Assembly (NCBI GenBank): GCA_039806935.1
Contig: JBDHQH010000002.1
Location: 33,872-97,871 of the forward strand
Direction of reading: 5' to 3'
From: Verrucomicrobiota bacterium
Lineage (GTDB): Bacteria; Verrucomicrobiota; Verrucomicrobiia; Limisphaerales; UBA8199
Length of the DNA stretch: 64,000 bases
This document shows, piece by piece, positions 8,881 to 18,576 of the stretch. The position numbers and the translations under genes were made by a program. Under the pieces are notes generated by a model, which saw only the letters and a program-made list of their open reading frames with translations, was not told the origin of the DNA and did no database searches. Every line of letters starts with the position of its first letter. Within the stretch, counting starts at the first letter, position 1.

Positions 8881-9624
8881 ATGGCTCGGGCGTTTATCTA
8901 TCGTTTTCTCGCCCAGGCCTTCGCCGACCCCACAGAGGGAAATTGGGCGTGGCTGAGTGCGACGGAGAACCGCCGCTCGCTCCAGAGCGCCGTTCGAGTT
9001 CTGGCCGGGGGCGCCCCAGCGCTGGCTGAGGCTGCGGACGCGTGGTTGGCCCGGCTGGAGCCGAAGGAGTTCGAGACGTTCCTGGAGTCCTACCTCGCGG
9101 CGTTCGGCCATGCGGCTCGGGGCCGCTGCCCGTTGAACGAAATCGAATACGGAGATATCAAGGCGGATCCGCTGTTTCAACCGCATCGGCTGGCGGATTT
9201 GGCCGCATTTTATCGGGCCTTTGGTCTCGAGGTGGCGGACGGGGCGGACGAACGCCAGGATCATCTCTGTCTCGAATTGGAGTTCATGTGCGTCCTGGCG
9301 GCCAAGGAGGCCTACGCGCTCGAGCATCAGCTCGAACCCGGCGAGTTGGCCACTTGCCACGATGCCCAAAGGAGATTCTTGCGGGAACATCTCGGCCGTT
9401 GGACGCCGGCGTTTTCGCGGCGCCTGGCGCGACTGGCCGGCGATAGCGCGCTGGGCAGCCTCGCGAATTTGCTGCAAGCGCTGATCGAGGCGGAATGCGA
9501 GCGTCAGGGAATTCCACCCGGCAGCGAGGATCTGCTGCTGCGACCGGTCGATGAGGCGGCCGAGAGCCTCTGCCAATCTTGCGGACTGGCCAACCTGCCG
9601 CCGGGAGCGGCGCCGACGGCCTAG
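8881..9624 (+). CDS. NarJ/TorD-family redox-enzyme maturation chaperone
   Basis: MARAFIYRFLAQAFADPTEGNWAWL...YLAAFGH...CPLNEIEYG...DHLCLELEFMCVLA is typical of the TorD/NarJ/DdhD-like delta subunit. An alternative ATG at 8683 overlaps the beta stop and would add a 66-aa low-complexity N-terminus. Confidence 0.75.
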   Translation: MARAFIYRFLAQAFADPTEGNWAWLSATENRRSLQSAVRVLAGGAPALAEAADAWLARLEPKEFETFLESYLAAFGHAARGRCPLNEIEYGDIKADPLFQPHRLADLAAFYRAFGLEVADGADERQDHLCLELEFMCVLAAKEAYALEHQLEPGELATCHDAQRRFLREHLGRWTPAFSRRLARLAGDSALGSLANLLQALIEAECERQGIPPGSEDLLLRPVDEAAESLCQSCGLANLPPGAAPTA

Positions 9625-9628
9625 CTAT

Positions 9629-10585
9629 ATGCGCCTGCGCTACGACGAAGATTTTGTGGAAGCGGTCGTTCTCGGCGCGGCGGGTGCCGGGCAGAGGAAC
9701 ATTCCGGCGCTCCAGATCAGCCGGTTCCACCGGCACCGGGAGCGGCTCTACACCATACTCGATCCAGACGAGCGCAACGCCGCTTTTTTCAAACTCCATC
9801 TGGAGTGGTTTCGCGAATGGGGATTGGAGCAGCGTTTGATTGGGCCTTTGCGGCATTTTCCTTTACTCGCCACCGGGCTGGCGGCGTTGGCGGTGCGTCA
9901 GGCGCGCGGTCGGGATGACGAGGGATCCGAACTCTACGTCAATGAGCAGGGCGTCCGGACCGGCGTTCTGGCCATGCGCCCGGAACGATTGATCCGCGAT
10001 CTGGAGCTGCCGACATTTTTGCGCCATGAGCTCACTCATCTGAACGATATGCTTGCCCCGGCCTTTGGTTATCGTCCTGAGCTGGCGGGAGCAGGCGAAT
10101 TTCTGGGATCCCAACGACTGGCGCGCGAGCGGTATCGCCTGCTGTGGGATGTGACCATCGACGGGCGCGCGGCGCGCGACGGCCATCCAACCCTCGCCAC
10201 CCGGGAGCAGCGCTGGGTGGCTTTCATCCGGGGTTTTCCTTTTTGGGACGATACTCAACAACGGGAAATTTTTGACTCGCTTTGGAGTGATCCCCGCCCC
10301 ACTCACGCGCGATTGGAGGAACTCGTTCGCGATCCGCGCCAATTGCTGCGCGCCGGACCCGGCCCGGGGTCGCCATGTCCTTTGTGCGGCTTCCCCAGTT
10401 TTGCCTGGGCGGAAGCGGCGAGTCTTGCGGACGAAACCCTGAAAGCCATCCAAGCCGAATTTCCGGCGTGGTCTCCGAGGCGGGGTGTTTGCCGCAGGTG
10501 CGCCGAGATCTATCGGCGCGGATCACCGGCCGTGGCCGGCGAATCGGTTCGCCGCCACAACGAGGTTCAGCCTTCGCTCCCATGA
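9629..10585 (+). CDS. Hypothetical protein with an HExxH motif and a C-terminal CxxC...CxxC pair
   Basis: ATG lies 4 nt after the chaperone stop, and its stop overlaps the next ATG (ATGA). HELTH is at 10025-10039. CPLC...CRRC sits near the C-terminus. No family recognised. Confidence 0.65.
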   Translation: MRLRYDEDFVEAVVLGAAGAGQRNIPALQISRFHRHRERLYTILDPDERNAAFFKLHLEWFREWGLEQRLIGPLRHFPLLATGLAALAVRQARGRDDEGSELYVNEQGVRTGVLAMRPERLIRDLELPTFLRHELTHLNDMLAPAFGYRPELAGAGEFLGSQRLARERYRLLWDVTIDGRAARDGHPTLATREQRWVAFIRGFPFWDDTQQREIFDSLWSDPRPTHARLEELVRDPRQLLRAGPGPGSPCPLCGFPSFAWAEAASLADETLKAIQAEFPAWSPRRGVCRRCAEIYRRGSPAVAGESVRRHNEVQPSLP

Positions 10586-11043
10586 TTGCGATCCGCCAGC
10601 TTTTTCTTTCTCCCGGCCACAATTTTTTCGGGCATCACGGCCAACCCGCAGGACAACATCCGGCCTTGGAAGTGGATGAACTGGACTGCCGCGCCAACCG
10701 CGGCATCCGTGGCGACCGCTTTTTCGATTACCAGCCGGATTATAAGGGGCAGATCACGTTTTTTTCCGAGGAGATCTTCGACGCCATGCGGCGTGAGCTT
10801 GGCCTGGCGGACGCGCAACCGGTCGCGGCCCGGCGCAATGTGCTGGTTCGGGGGGTGGACCTGGACACCCTGATCGGAAAGGAATTTGAGATTCAAGGGG
10901 TGCGGTTCGCCGGGGTGGAGCAGTGCAAGCCTTGTTACTGGATGAACTCCGCCCTGGGCCCCGGAGCGGAGGATTGGATGCAAGGGCGGGGCGGCTTGCG
11001 GGCGCGGATTCTGACCGATGGGATTTTAAGGCGCACGGCATGA
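10582..11043 (+). CDS. MOSC domain-containing protein (YiiM-like)
   Basis: MIAIRQLFLSPGHNFFGHHG...RGDRFFD...RRNVLVRGVDL...FEIQGVRFAGVEQCKPCYWM...GGLRARILTDG matches the MOSC beta-barrel pattern with its conserved Cys. ATGA overlaps at both ends. Confidence 0.8.
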   Translation: MIAIRQLFLSPGHNFFGHHGQPAGQHPALEVDELDCRANRGIRGDRFFDYQPDYKGQITFFSEEIFDAMRRELGLADAQPVAARRNVLVRGVDLDTLIGKEFEIQGVRFAGVEQCKPCYWMNSALGPGAEDWMQGRGGLRARILTDGILRRTA

Positions 11044-11639
11044 ACCTGGGCGCAGTCATCCTGGCGGGCGGTGAATCAAGCCGGATGGGGCGAGATAAGG
11101 CTTGGGTGACGGTGGCGGGCCAGCCGTTGATGGTCCGGGCCAACCGGGCCATTCGCGAGGCGGGTGTCTGTGAAGTCTATATCTCCGGCCATGGCGGACG
11201 GGACTATTCGTCGCTGGGCTGCCCGGTGTTGGTGGATCGGGAACCCGGTTTCGGTCCGCTGGCCGGAATGGATCGCGCGCTGGAAGAGGTGCGGGCGCCG
11301 TTGTTATTGGTGCTGGCGGTGGATTTGCCGCGTCTGGATGCCGAATTCATCCGCCTGCTGGCCGCGCAGTGCGATCCGCTCACGGGCGCCATTCCCAGAG
11401 TGCGCGGCCAATTAGAGCCATTGGCGGCGATTTACCCCAAACGTTGCCGGTATTTGGCCCGGGATTGCCTGTTGCGACGCCAGTTGGCGGCGCGCGAATT
11501 TGCCAATGCCTGCCTGCGCGAGCGCGCCGTCAAGGCCTTTCCGGTGGGGCGTCGGCATGTCCGCTGCTTTGACAATTGCAACACGCCTGCCGATCTCGCC
11601 GCTGTCGGAATTGGAGCCGGAGCCGGCGAGTACCCTTAA
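11040..11639 (+). CDS. mobA: Molybdenum cofactor guanylyltransferase
   Basis: MNLGAVILAGGESSRMGRDKAWV...GPLAGM...LVLAVDLP matches the MobA signature. This fits a bis-MGD enzyme encoded upstream. Confidence 0.85.
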   Translation: MNLGAVILAGGESSRMGRDKAWVTVAGQPLMVRANRAIREAGVCEVYISGHGGRDYSSLGCPVLVDREPGFGPLAGMDRALEEVRAPLLLVLAVDLPRLDAEFIRLLAAQCDPLTGAIPRVRGQLEPLAAIYPKRCRYLARDCLLRRQLAAREFANACLRERAVKAFPVGRRHVRCFDNCNTPADLAAVGIGAGAGEYP

Positions 11640-11715
11640 TCAAATCTGGGCATTCCACCCCACGCCGGCGACGCGGCGCCGCGCGGCGTTTCGTGGTAGG
11701 TTCAACTCGCAGAGT

Positions 11716-12498
11716 ATGAACATCCAACTTACCGGACGTCGGGCGCTGGTCACTGGCGGCAACTCAGGCATAGGCGCGGCCATTGCGCTGGGTTTAGCGG
11801 AAGCGGGCGCCAAGGTAGCCGTCAACTATCTCACGCATCCCGAAGCAGCCCAAGACCTCGTCAAGAAAATCCAGGAACGTCAAACCGACGCCTTGGCGTA
11901 TGAGGCGGACATCGCCAATCCGGAAGCGGTGCGCGCCATGTTTGCCAGGTTGGATGAGGCGTGGGGCGGCGTGGACATCCTGGTGAACAACGCTGGTGTT
12001 GATGGAGCGCGCCAACTGGGCTGGGAAGCCGATCCGGTTGCCTGGCGGCGGGTCATCGAGATCAACCTGTTCGGCGCTTTCTACTGCGCGCGCGAAGCCT
12101 TGCGGCGCATGATTCCGCAAAAAATGGGCGTGGTGCTTAGCATCAGTTCGGTCCACGAGGTAATCGCCTGGTCCGGCTACAGCGCCTACACCGCCAGCAA
12201 GGCCGCGGTGGGGATGATGACCAAGACCCTCGCCCAGGAGGCGGCGCCTTTCGGCGTGCGCGTGCTGGCCCTCGGCCCAGGCGCCATCCAAACCCCGATT
12301 AATCAGAGCGTCTGGAGCAATCCCGCCAGTCTGAAAGACTTGCTGGACAAAATCCCACTGAATCGGCTGGGCCGCCCCGAAGACATCGCCCGGATGGCCG
12401 TAGTGCTGGTGTCGGATGCCGCCTCCTATGTTACCGCCCGCACGATCTACGTGGACGGCGGGATGACGAACTATCCCAGCTTCGCCCACGGCGGCTGA
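11716..12498 (+). CDS. SDR family oxidoreductase (glucose 1-dehydrogenase-like)
   Basis: TGGNSGIG Rossmann motif, NNAG, and the S...YxxxK catalytic pattern (YSAYTASK). Confidence 0.85.
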   Translation: MNIQLTGRRALVTGGNSGIGAAIALGLAEAGAKVAVNYLTHPEAAQDLVKKIQERQTDALAYEADIANPEAVRAMFARLDEAWGGVDILVNNAGVDGARQLGWEADPVAWRRVIEINLFGAFYCAREALRRMIPQKMGVVLSISSVHEVIAWSGYSAYTASKAAVGMMTKTLAQEAAPFGVRVLALGPGAIQTPINQSVWSNPASLKDLLDKIPLNRLGRPEDIARMAVVLVSDAASYVTARTIYVDGGMTNYPSFAHGG

Positions 12499-12554
12499 AG
12501 CACGGACGGGCCTTCCAGCGAGAACCGATCCGATGGCCGTTTCCGGCCGGGCGG

Positions 12555-13133
12555 CTATTTTGCGATGGGTTCGATGACGCCGCAGGCCACGCGCGCGCCC
12601 GCGTTGCCGGTGGGCTGCGTCGCCAGATCGTCCGGTTGCGCGTGAACGATGACCGATCTCCCGAGAATCGAGTTTGGCCCCTGGAAAGCCATGCGGGTAT
12701 CGACAAAGTCCAGCCGGGCATGGCCAGATTTGTCGGCCACCAGATTCCCCATGTCGCCCACGTGCGATTGCGGAGAGTTCGGCGCGCCATGCGGCATGCC
12801 GGTGGGATTAAAATGTCCACCCGCTGAACTGGCATCCGGGGCGGAGCAATCACCATGCTCGTGAATATGGAATCCGTGCTGGCCGGGAGTGAGATCCCTG
12901 ACGTCAGCGACGATTCGGAGCCCGCCGGCCACGCGCGTGAATTTCACCGTGCCATTGGCCTGGTTGCCTTGAGTTGGTTTGAGCACCGCGATGGCACGCT
13001 TAGGCGCGGTCTCTGGCGAGCCCGACCGCTCATGAGTCGCGCAACCCGACATCCCCATGATCAACGCCGCCAGTGGCAGCACCGTGCCGCCGTTCCATCC
13101 TTTCGCCTCGTTCCGAACCTTTTGCTCCCGCAT
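12555..13133 (-). CDS. sodC: Cu/Zn superoxide dismutase, lipoprotein-type signal
   Basis: GFHIHEHGDCS, GGHFNP, HVGDMGN and GARVACGVI motifs. N-terminal lipobox-like MSGC. Confidence 0.9.
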   Translation of the reverse strand: MREQKVRNEAKGWNGGTVLPLAALIMGMSGCATHERSGSPETAPKRAIAVLKPTQGNQANGTVKFTRVAGGLRIVADVRDLTPGQHGFHIHEHGDCSAPDASSAGGHFNPTGMPHGAPNSPQSHVGDMGNLVADKSGHARLDFVDTRMAFQGPNSILGRSVIVHAQPDDLATQPTGNAGARVACGVIEPIAK

Positions 13134-13242
13134 ATTGTATATCCCTCGGTTGACCCATCCATTGGGTGCGGGCCGAATCTAGGCCGGATCTCCGCCGAAT
13201 GCAACCCGGCGCGCGCGCGGGCGCGCGGAAATCCACCCTCGA

Positions 13243-14148
13243 TCACACTTTGCCGACTTTGGCCATCCGGGCGAGGGTATCATCTACTTCCTCCGTCGAG
13301 AGCATTCCGACGGTGATGGCATCGACCAGATCATTTTTAAAAACGAAGTTCAGGGATTGGTCTTTTTCTTCGGGTTGGCGCAGTTTGCCCGCGCCAAAGA
13401 TTTTCATGCCGACCACGGCCTTTCCGTTTTTGCGGGCCGTCTTGAGCACCTCGGAAACCTCTTCGACCGGGCCGTCCATGCTGTATTGCGAGCCGCCTTT
13501 GTGGTTGATCCGGGCAAAAATGACATCCACCCAAGGATGGGTGGAGGCAGTTTTGAGCGCGCCGAGGCTGTGGCAGGAAACACCCACAGCCCGGATGGCG
13601 CCCTTTTGCTTCAGGCTGGAAAGCTCGTCACGCACGCGTTTTTGAGCCTCGGTCCACCGCGGGTCGGTCATGCAATGTATCAGGCAGATGTCAATCACCT
13701 CCACCCCTAATTCGGCGCGAAAACGATCCACTTCCTCGACCGCGCCACCGGATGGCTGGTTCCAATCCTCCTTGCCCACCCAGATTTTGCTGAGCAGGGT
13801 GCAGCGATCACGCGCGATGCCTCTGATCGCTTCCCGAACGTAAGGATGTGTGCCATACAGGTCGGCCATATCGAAAAATCGGATTCCTTCATCCAACCCG
13901 CGGCGTACTAACCGGTCGAAGGCCTCATGCCCCAGCCGGGTATGATCGGAGGCGCGGCGGCTGCCGTTGAAGCCGGTGCCCTGGGCCAGTCGTGATGTTT
14001 TGATGCCGGTTTTTCCGAGCGCGACGGTATCGGAGCCCTTCCAGGACCGCGTCGTCGGTTCACCGCCAAAGAGGCCGGGGGTCGCGGCCAAAGCTCCGGC
14101 GCCAGCCAGGGAGTAGTAGAGGAAGTCACGTCGATTGCAGTTCTTCAT
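13243..14148 (-). CDS. Aldo/keto reductase with Tat-type signal
   Basis: MKNCNRRDFLYYSLAGAGALAA signal. The AKR-like body includes FFDMADLYG and the conserved C-terminal region. Confidence 0.8.
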   Translation of the reverse strand: MKNCNRRDFLYYSLAGAGALAATPGLFGGEPTTRSWKGSDTVALGKTGIKTSRLAQGTGFNGSRRASDHTRLGHEAFDRLVRRGLDEGIRFFDMADLYGTHPYVREAIRGIARDRCTLLSKIWVGKEDWNQPSGGAVEEVDRFRAELGVEVIDICLIHCMTDPRWTEAQKRVRDELSSLKQKGAIRAVGVSCHSLGALKTASTHPWVDVIFARINHKGGSQYSMDGPVEEVSEVLKTARKNGKAVVGMKIFGAGKLRQPEEKDQSLNFVFKNDLVDAITVGMLSTEEVDDTLARMAKVGKV

Positions 14149-14345
14149 ATAGGTTGATTTGAATTTGCGCCGCGTCGATTCTCAGGCAGCAGCATAGCTT
14201 ACCCGGGTGCGCGTTCAAGCAACGTTTGCGCTGAGGAACTTTGTTCGGGTTGGTCAAAAATCGACAACGTCAACCACGCGGCCGGGTAGCTGTTCTAATA
14301 TGCAAGTGACTGATAATGTGGGAGCTACATCGGTGTGGCGGACAA

Positions 14346-14361
14346 TGGCATCTAGGCTGCT
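14346..14361 (+). promoter_or_regulatory. Sigma54 (-24/-12) promoter upstream of the PII-amt genes
   Basis: TGGCATCTAGGCTGCT matches the TGGCACG-N4-TTGCW consensus. GG is at 14347-48 and GC at 14359-60 with canonical 12-nt register. It lies about 60 nt upstream of ATG 14422. Confidence 0.55.
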
Positions 14362-14415
14362 TAGAGTTCGCAGCGACGTGACGTGCAATCGAAAAATGCG
14401 GCGCGCAGATGCTGA

Positions 14416-14760
<345 letters not shown>

Positions 14761-14793
14761 GGCCGAGCGCGTTTGGCTGCCAGGAATTCTCGT

Positions 14794-16248
14794 ATGCGAA
14801 CCGTCGTTTTATGGGTCGCGCTGCTGATGGCGACAGGACTGAGTCAGCCGGTGGTGGCGGCGGAAGCCACGCTGGTTCCGGAGCGCACCGTTGAGGAACG
14901 GCTGGATGATCTGGAGGCCTACTTTCACAACGCTCCCCGTCATGCCGACCCGAGCGCGACCAGCCGGATTTTCGTCGCCGGCCCCGGGCATAACAGTTGG
15001 ATGATGACTGCGTCCGGCCTGGTGCTTTTCATGACCCTGCCCGGACTCGCGCTGTTTTATGGCGGTCTGGTGCGGCGGAAAAATGTTTTGTCCGTTCTGG
15101 CCCAATGTTTGGGCATTGCCGGGCTGGTCACCATCCTTTGGTGGGCGGTGGGCTATAGCATCGCTTTTCATCCGGGCCGTCCCGCCTGGGGATCACTGGC
15201 GTGGGCATTTCTCGGGCATGTGGGCGGCGCGCCGAACCCTGATTACGGAGCGTGGGTTTCGCAGAGCGTGTTTGCCATGTACCAGCTTATGTTCGCGATC
15301 ATTACCCCGGCCTTGATCGTCGGGTCGGTCGCTGAACGGATGAAGTTTTCGGCCCTGCTGTTATTCATCACTCTCTGGATGTTTGTGGTGTATTTTCCAC
15401 TGGCGCACATGGTGTGGGGGGTGGATGGGCTGATGAACGGCGCGGGCAACGCCCACGCGAGGATCAAGGCAATTGATTTCGCGGGGGGCACGGTGGTTCA
15501 CATGTCCTCGGGGTGGTCGGCGTTGATTCTCTGCCTGCTGCTGGGCAAGCGCCTCGGCTTTGGGCGGGAGCCGATGCGCCCGCACAACATGGTGCTCTGC
15601 ATGGTGGGCACGGGCATGCTTTGGGTGGGTTGGTATGGTTTCAACGCCGGCAGCGCCATGGCGGCTGATGGGATTGCCGCCAACGCGTTCATGACCACCA
15701 CGCTGGCCGCCGCCACGGGCTCGATTGTTTGGGCGCTGGCGGAATACGCTTTCCGTGGCAAGCCCAGCACGCTGGGATTTTGCTCGGGGGCGGTGGCAGG
15801 TCTGGTAACCATTACGCCGGCCTGCGGGTTTGTCACTGCCAATGGCGCCATGGCAATTGGTGTCGCGGCGGGCCTGGTGCCCTTTTTTGCCTGCTGGAAG
15901 CTCAAGAACTGGATTGGTTATGATGACGCTCTGGATACGTTCGGGATTCATGCAATTGGCGGGACTCTGGGCGCGCTCCTGACGGGATGCCTGGCGCGGA
16001 CGACGGCAAACCCAAATCTCGAGTTGAACCTCAGGGCTTATGTCACCAATTCCTTTTTCCAACCGCTGGTGCTGGAGCAGCTCAAGGCGATTGCGCTCAC
16101 CTTGCTGCTGGCGACCCTTTCCACGGCTATCCTGGCGATGCTCGTCCGCGCCTTCGTTGGCTTGCGGGTTTCGGCGGAGGTGGAGACTTCGGGCCTGGAT
16201 CTGGCTGAGCACGGAGAAGAAGGCTATCATGCGCAAGCGCATTTATGA
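14794..16248 (+). CDS. amtB: Ammonium transporter (Amt family)
   Basis: Signal peptide followed by a multi-TM Amt pattern (FAGGTVVHMSSGWSAL, WVGWYGFNAGSA, DDALDTFGIHAIGG). The track ORF opens at TTG 14773; the first ATG is 14794. Confidence 0.92.
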   Translation: MRTVVLWVALLMATGLSQPVVAAEATLVPERTVEERLDDLEAYFHNAPRHADPSATSRIFVAGPGHNSWMMTASGLVLFMTLPGLALFYGGLVRRKNVLSVLAQCLGIAGLVTILWWAVGYSIAFHPGRPAWGSLAWAFLGHVGGAPNPDYGAWVSQSVFAMYQLMFAIITPALIVGSVAERMKFSALLLFITLWMFVVYFPLAHMVWGVDGLMNGAGNAHARIKAIDFAGGTVVHMSSGWSALILCLLLGKRLGFGREPMRPHNMVLCMVGTGMLWVGWYGFNAGSAMAADGIAANAFMTTTLAAATGSIVWALAEYAFRGKPSTLGFCSGAVAGLVTITPACGFVTANGAMAIGVAAGLVPFFACWKLKNWIGYDDALDTFGIHAIGGTLGALLTGCLARTTANPNLELNLRAYVTNSFFQPLVLEQLKAIALTLLLATLSTAILAMLVRAFVGLRVSAEVETSGLDLAEHGEEGYHAQAHL

Positions 16249-16259
16249 TTTCGATCGCC

Positions 16260-16275
16260 GGGCACGTTGTTGGCA
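16260..16275 (+). promoter_or_regulatory. Sigma54 (-24/-12) promoter upstream of glnA
   Basis: GGGCACGTTGTTGGCA. GGCACG is at 16261-66 and the -12 GC at 16273-74, 12 nt from the -24 GG. It lies about 70 nt upstream of ATG 16344. Confidence 0.55.
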
Positions 16276-16324
16276 AGGGGCCGAGAACAGGCCAGGCTGG
16301 ACATTGCTAAAACAAAACATCTGA

Positions 16325-16344
16325 TAGACCCAAATAGACCCAAA
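16325..16344 (+). repeat. Perfect 10-bp tandem duplication TAGACCCAAA x2 abutting the glnA start codon
   Basis: Read directly: ...ctgaTAGACCCAAATAGACCCAAAtg... Confidence 0.9.
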
Positions 16345-17756
16345 TGAACACACCCAAGAGCGTAATCGATCTGGCCAAAAAAACCGGGGCCCGCATGGTC
16401 GATCTCAAATTTGTGGATACCTTCGGCGCCTGGCAGCATTTCAGTTGCCCCATTCGAGAGTTGACGGAGGAGGTTTTTGAAGAGGGCTTCGGCTTTGATG
16501 GCTCGAGCATTCGCGGCTGGAAGAGCGTGGAAGCTTCGGACATGCTGGCGATTCCTGATCCGACGACCGCCTTTCTGGATCCGTTCTGCGCCGAGCCCAC
16601 GCTGTCCCTGACCTGTGCGATCGCGGAAACCGGCGCGAAAGTGGCCTATATCCGGGATCCCCGCGGAATCGCGCAGAAGGCGGAGAGATATCTGGCCGGC
16701 ACCGGCCAGGCGGACACGGCTTATTTCGGCCCGGAAGCCGAATTCTTCGTGTTCGACAATGTCCAGTACGACAACAAGAGCAACGGCGCGTTTTACAGTG
16801 TCGAATCCGAGGAGGGAATCTGGAACAGCGGACGCGAGGAAATGCCAAATCTTGGCTACAAGATTCGGCACAAGGAGGGCTACTTTCCCGTCGCTCCGAC
16901 GGATCAGCAACAGGATCTGCGCACCGAGATGAGCCTGGTGATGGAGCGCCTCGGTCTGGTCATCGAGCGCCAACACCACGAGGTGGCGACGGCCGGGCAG
17001 GCGGAAATTGATTATCGCTATGACACGCTCGTCAGGGCGGCGGATGCCATGATGGTGTTCAAATATGTGGTCAAGAACGTCGCTCGCCGCCACGGCAAAA
17101 CGGCCTGTTTCATGCCCAAGCCGCTTTTCGGCGACAATGGCTCCGGCATGCACACGCACATCAGCTTGTGGAAAAAGGGCAAGCCGCTATTCGCGGGAAA
17201 CGAGTACGCCGGCCTTTCCCGGATGGCGTTGTATTTTATCGGCGGGCTGCTGAAACATGCCCGGGCGCTGTGCGCAATCTGCAATCCCACAACGAACAGC
17301 TACAAGCGGCTTGTGCCGGGCTACGAAGCGCCGGTGAACCTCGCGTATTCCGGGCGGAATCGCTCGGCGGCGGTGCGCATTCCGATGTACAGCGAGAATC
17401 CGAAATCCAAGCGTATCGAGTACCGCCCGCCCGATCCGGCCGCGAATCCGTACTTGGCGTTCGCCGCGCTTTTGATGGCGGGCCTGGACGGAGTGCTGAA
17501 CAAAATCGATCCCGGCGAGCCGCTGGACAAAAACATCTACGAATTGCCGCCCGAAGAGCTGAAGAAAGTGCCGAGTGCCGCCGGCAGCCTGGCCGAGGCG
17601 CTCGATGCGCTCGAAAAGGACCATGAGTTTCTGCTCAAGGGCGACGTCTTCACCATGGACTTTCTCGACATGTGGATGGCGAGCAAGCGCAAAGAGCAGG
17701 ACGCCCTGCGGTTGCGGCCGCATCCCTACGAGTTCTTCCTCTACTATGATGTTTGA
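16344..17756 (+). CDS. glnA: Glutamine synthetase type I
   Basis: 470 aa. The N-terminal beta-grasp ([23 protein letters not shown]) and the catalytic region ([35 protein letters not shown]) are classic GSI motifs. Confidence 0.95.
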   Translation: MNTPKSVIDLAKKTGARMVDLKFVDTFGAWQHFSCPIRELTEEVFEEGFGFDGSSIRGWKSVEASDMLAIPDPTTAFLDPFCAEPTLSLTCAIAETGAKVAYIRDPRGIAQKAERYLAGTGQADTAYFGPEAEFFVFDNVQYDNKSNGAFYSVESEEGIWNSGREEMPNLGYKIRHKEGYFPVAPTDQQQDLRTEMSLVMERLGLVIERQHHEVATAGQAEIDYRYDTLVRAADAMMVFKYVVKNVARRHGKTACFMPKPLFGDNGSGMHTHISLWKKGKPLFAGNEYAGLSRMALYFIGGLLKHARALCAICNPTTNSYKRLVPGYEAPVNLAYSGRNRSAAVRIPMYSENPKSKRIEYRPPDPAANPYLAFAALLMAGLDGVLNKIDPGEPLDKNIYELPPEELKKVPSAAGSLAEALDALEKDHEFLLKGDVFTMDFLDMWMASKRKEQDALRLRPHPYEFFLYYDV

Positions 17757-17811
17757 AACGTAAATTTTGATGGTTGCCCCGGGCGGCTCCGGCTATGCTG
17801 CGGGCCGCACG

Positions 17812-18576
17812 ATGCGATCGATACACGTATTCCAATCGGGGCGCCCGTTGAGGCGCGCTACAGCCCGCGCAGCGGCAGGTATTCTTCTCCTCGCCTTTTG
17901 CGGGGCCGTTCTGGCCGGAGAGACATACCTTCGCCCGGGGCGTCCGGATGGCATCGCCCTGCTGCCGCCGCCTCCGGCCGCGGGATCGGCCTGGGAAAAG
18001 GCGGATTTGAATACCGTTCGCGAGGTGTTGAAGGCGCGCACCCCGGCGCAGGAGGAGAGGGCGTTTCGGAGCGCGAGCCTGCGTTTTGAATATTTCACCA
18101 ACGCCGTCGGCCCGGTGCTCGATCTTTCCCGTTTGCCACGCACGGACGCGCTGCTCAAGGCGGTCAAAAAGGAGACGGGCGAGGTTATCAATATCCCGAA
18201 GGATCATTGGGAACGAAATCGTCCTTACGTGCTGGATCCCGAGTTGAACGTTGGCCGCCCCGAACGCAGCTTCAGTTATCCCAGCGGGCACTCGACCCGC
18301 GGCACGCTGTATTCCCTGGTCATGGCGGAACTCTTTCCCGAGCAGCGCGAAGCGGTGCTGGAAATCGGGCGGAACATTGGCTGGGACCGCATCGTCATTG
18401 GCAAGCATTTTCCGACCGATGTGTTCGCGGGACGGGTTCTCGGAAAGGCGATTTTCCGGGAGTTCATGGCCAATCCGGACTTCCAGCGAGATTTGAAGGA
18501 GGCCCGGGAGGAGATCGCCGCCGCTCGCCGCCGCGCCGCCGCTCAATCGGTAACGGAGGAGGCGGCTCTCCGGTAG
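17812..18576 (+). CDS. Class A acid phosphatase / PAP2 family, secreted
   Basis: Signal peptide, then LLPPPPAAGS, and the PAP2 motifs PSGHSTRG and GKHFPTDV. Alternative starts at TTG 17767 and ATG 17770. Confidence 0.8.
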   Translation: MRSIHVFQSGRPLRRATARAAAGILLLAFCGAVLAGETYLRPGRPDGIALLPPPPAAGSAWEKADLNTVREVLKARTPAQEERAFRSASLRFEYFTNAVGPVLDLSRLPRTDALLKAVKKETGEVINIPKDHWERNRPYVLDPELNVGRPERSFSYPSGHSTRGTLYSLVMAELFPEQREAVLEIGRNIGWDRIVIGKHFPTDVFAGRVLGKAIFREFMANPDFQRDLKEAREEIAAARRRAAAQSVTEEAALR

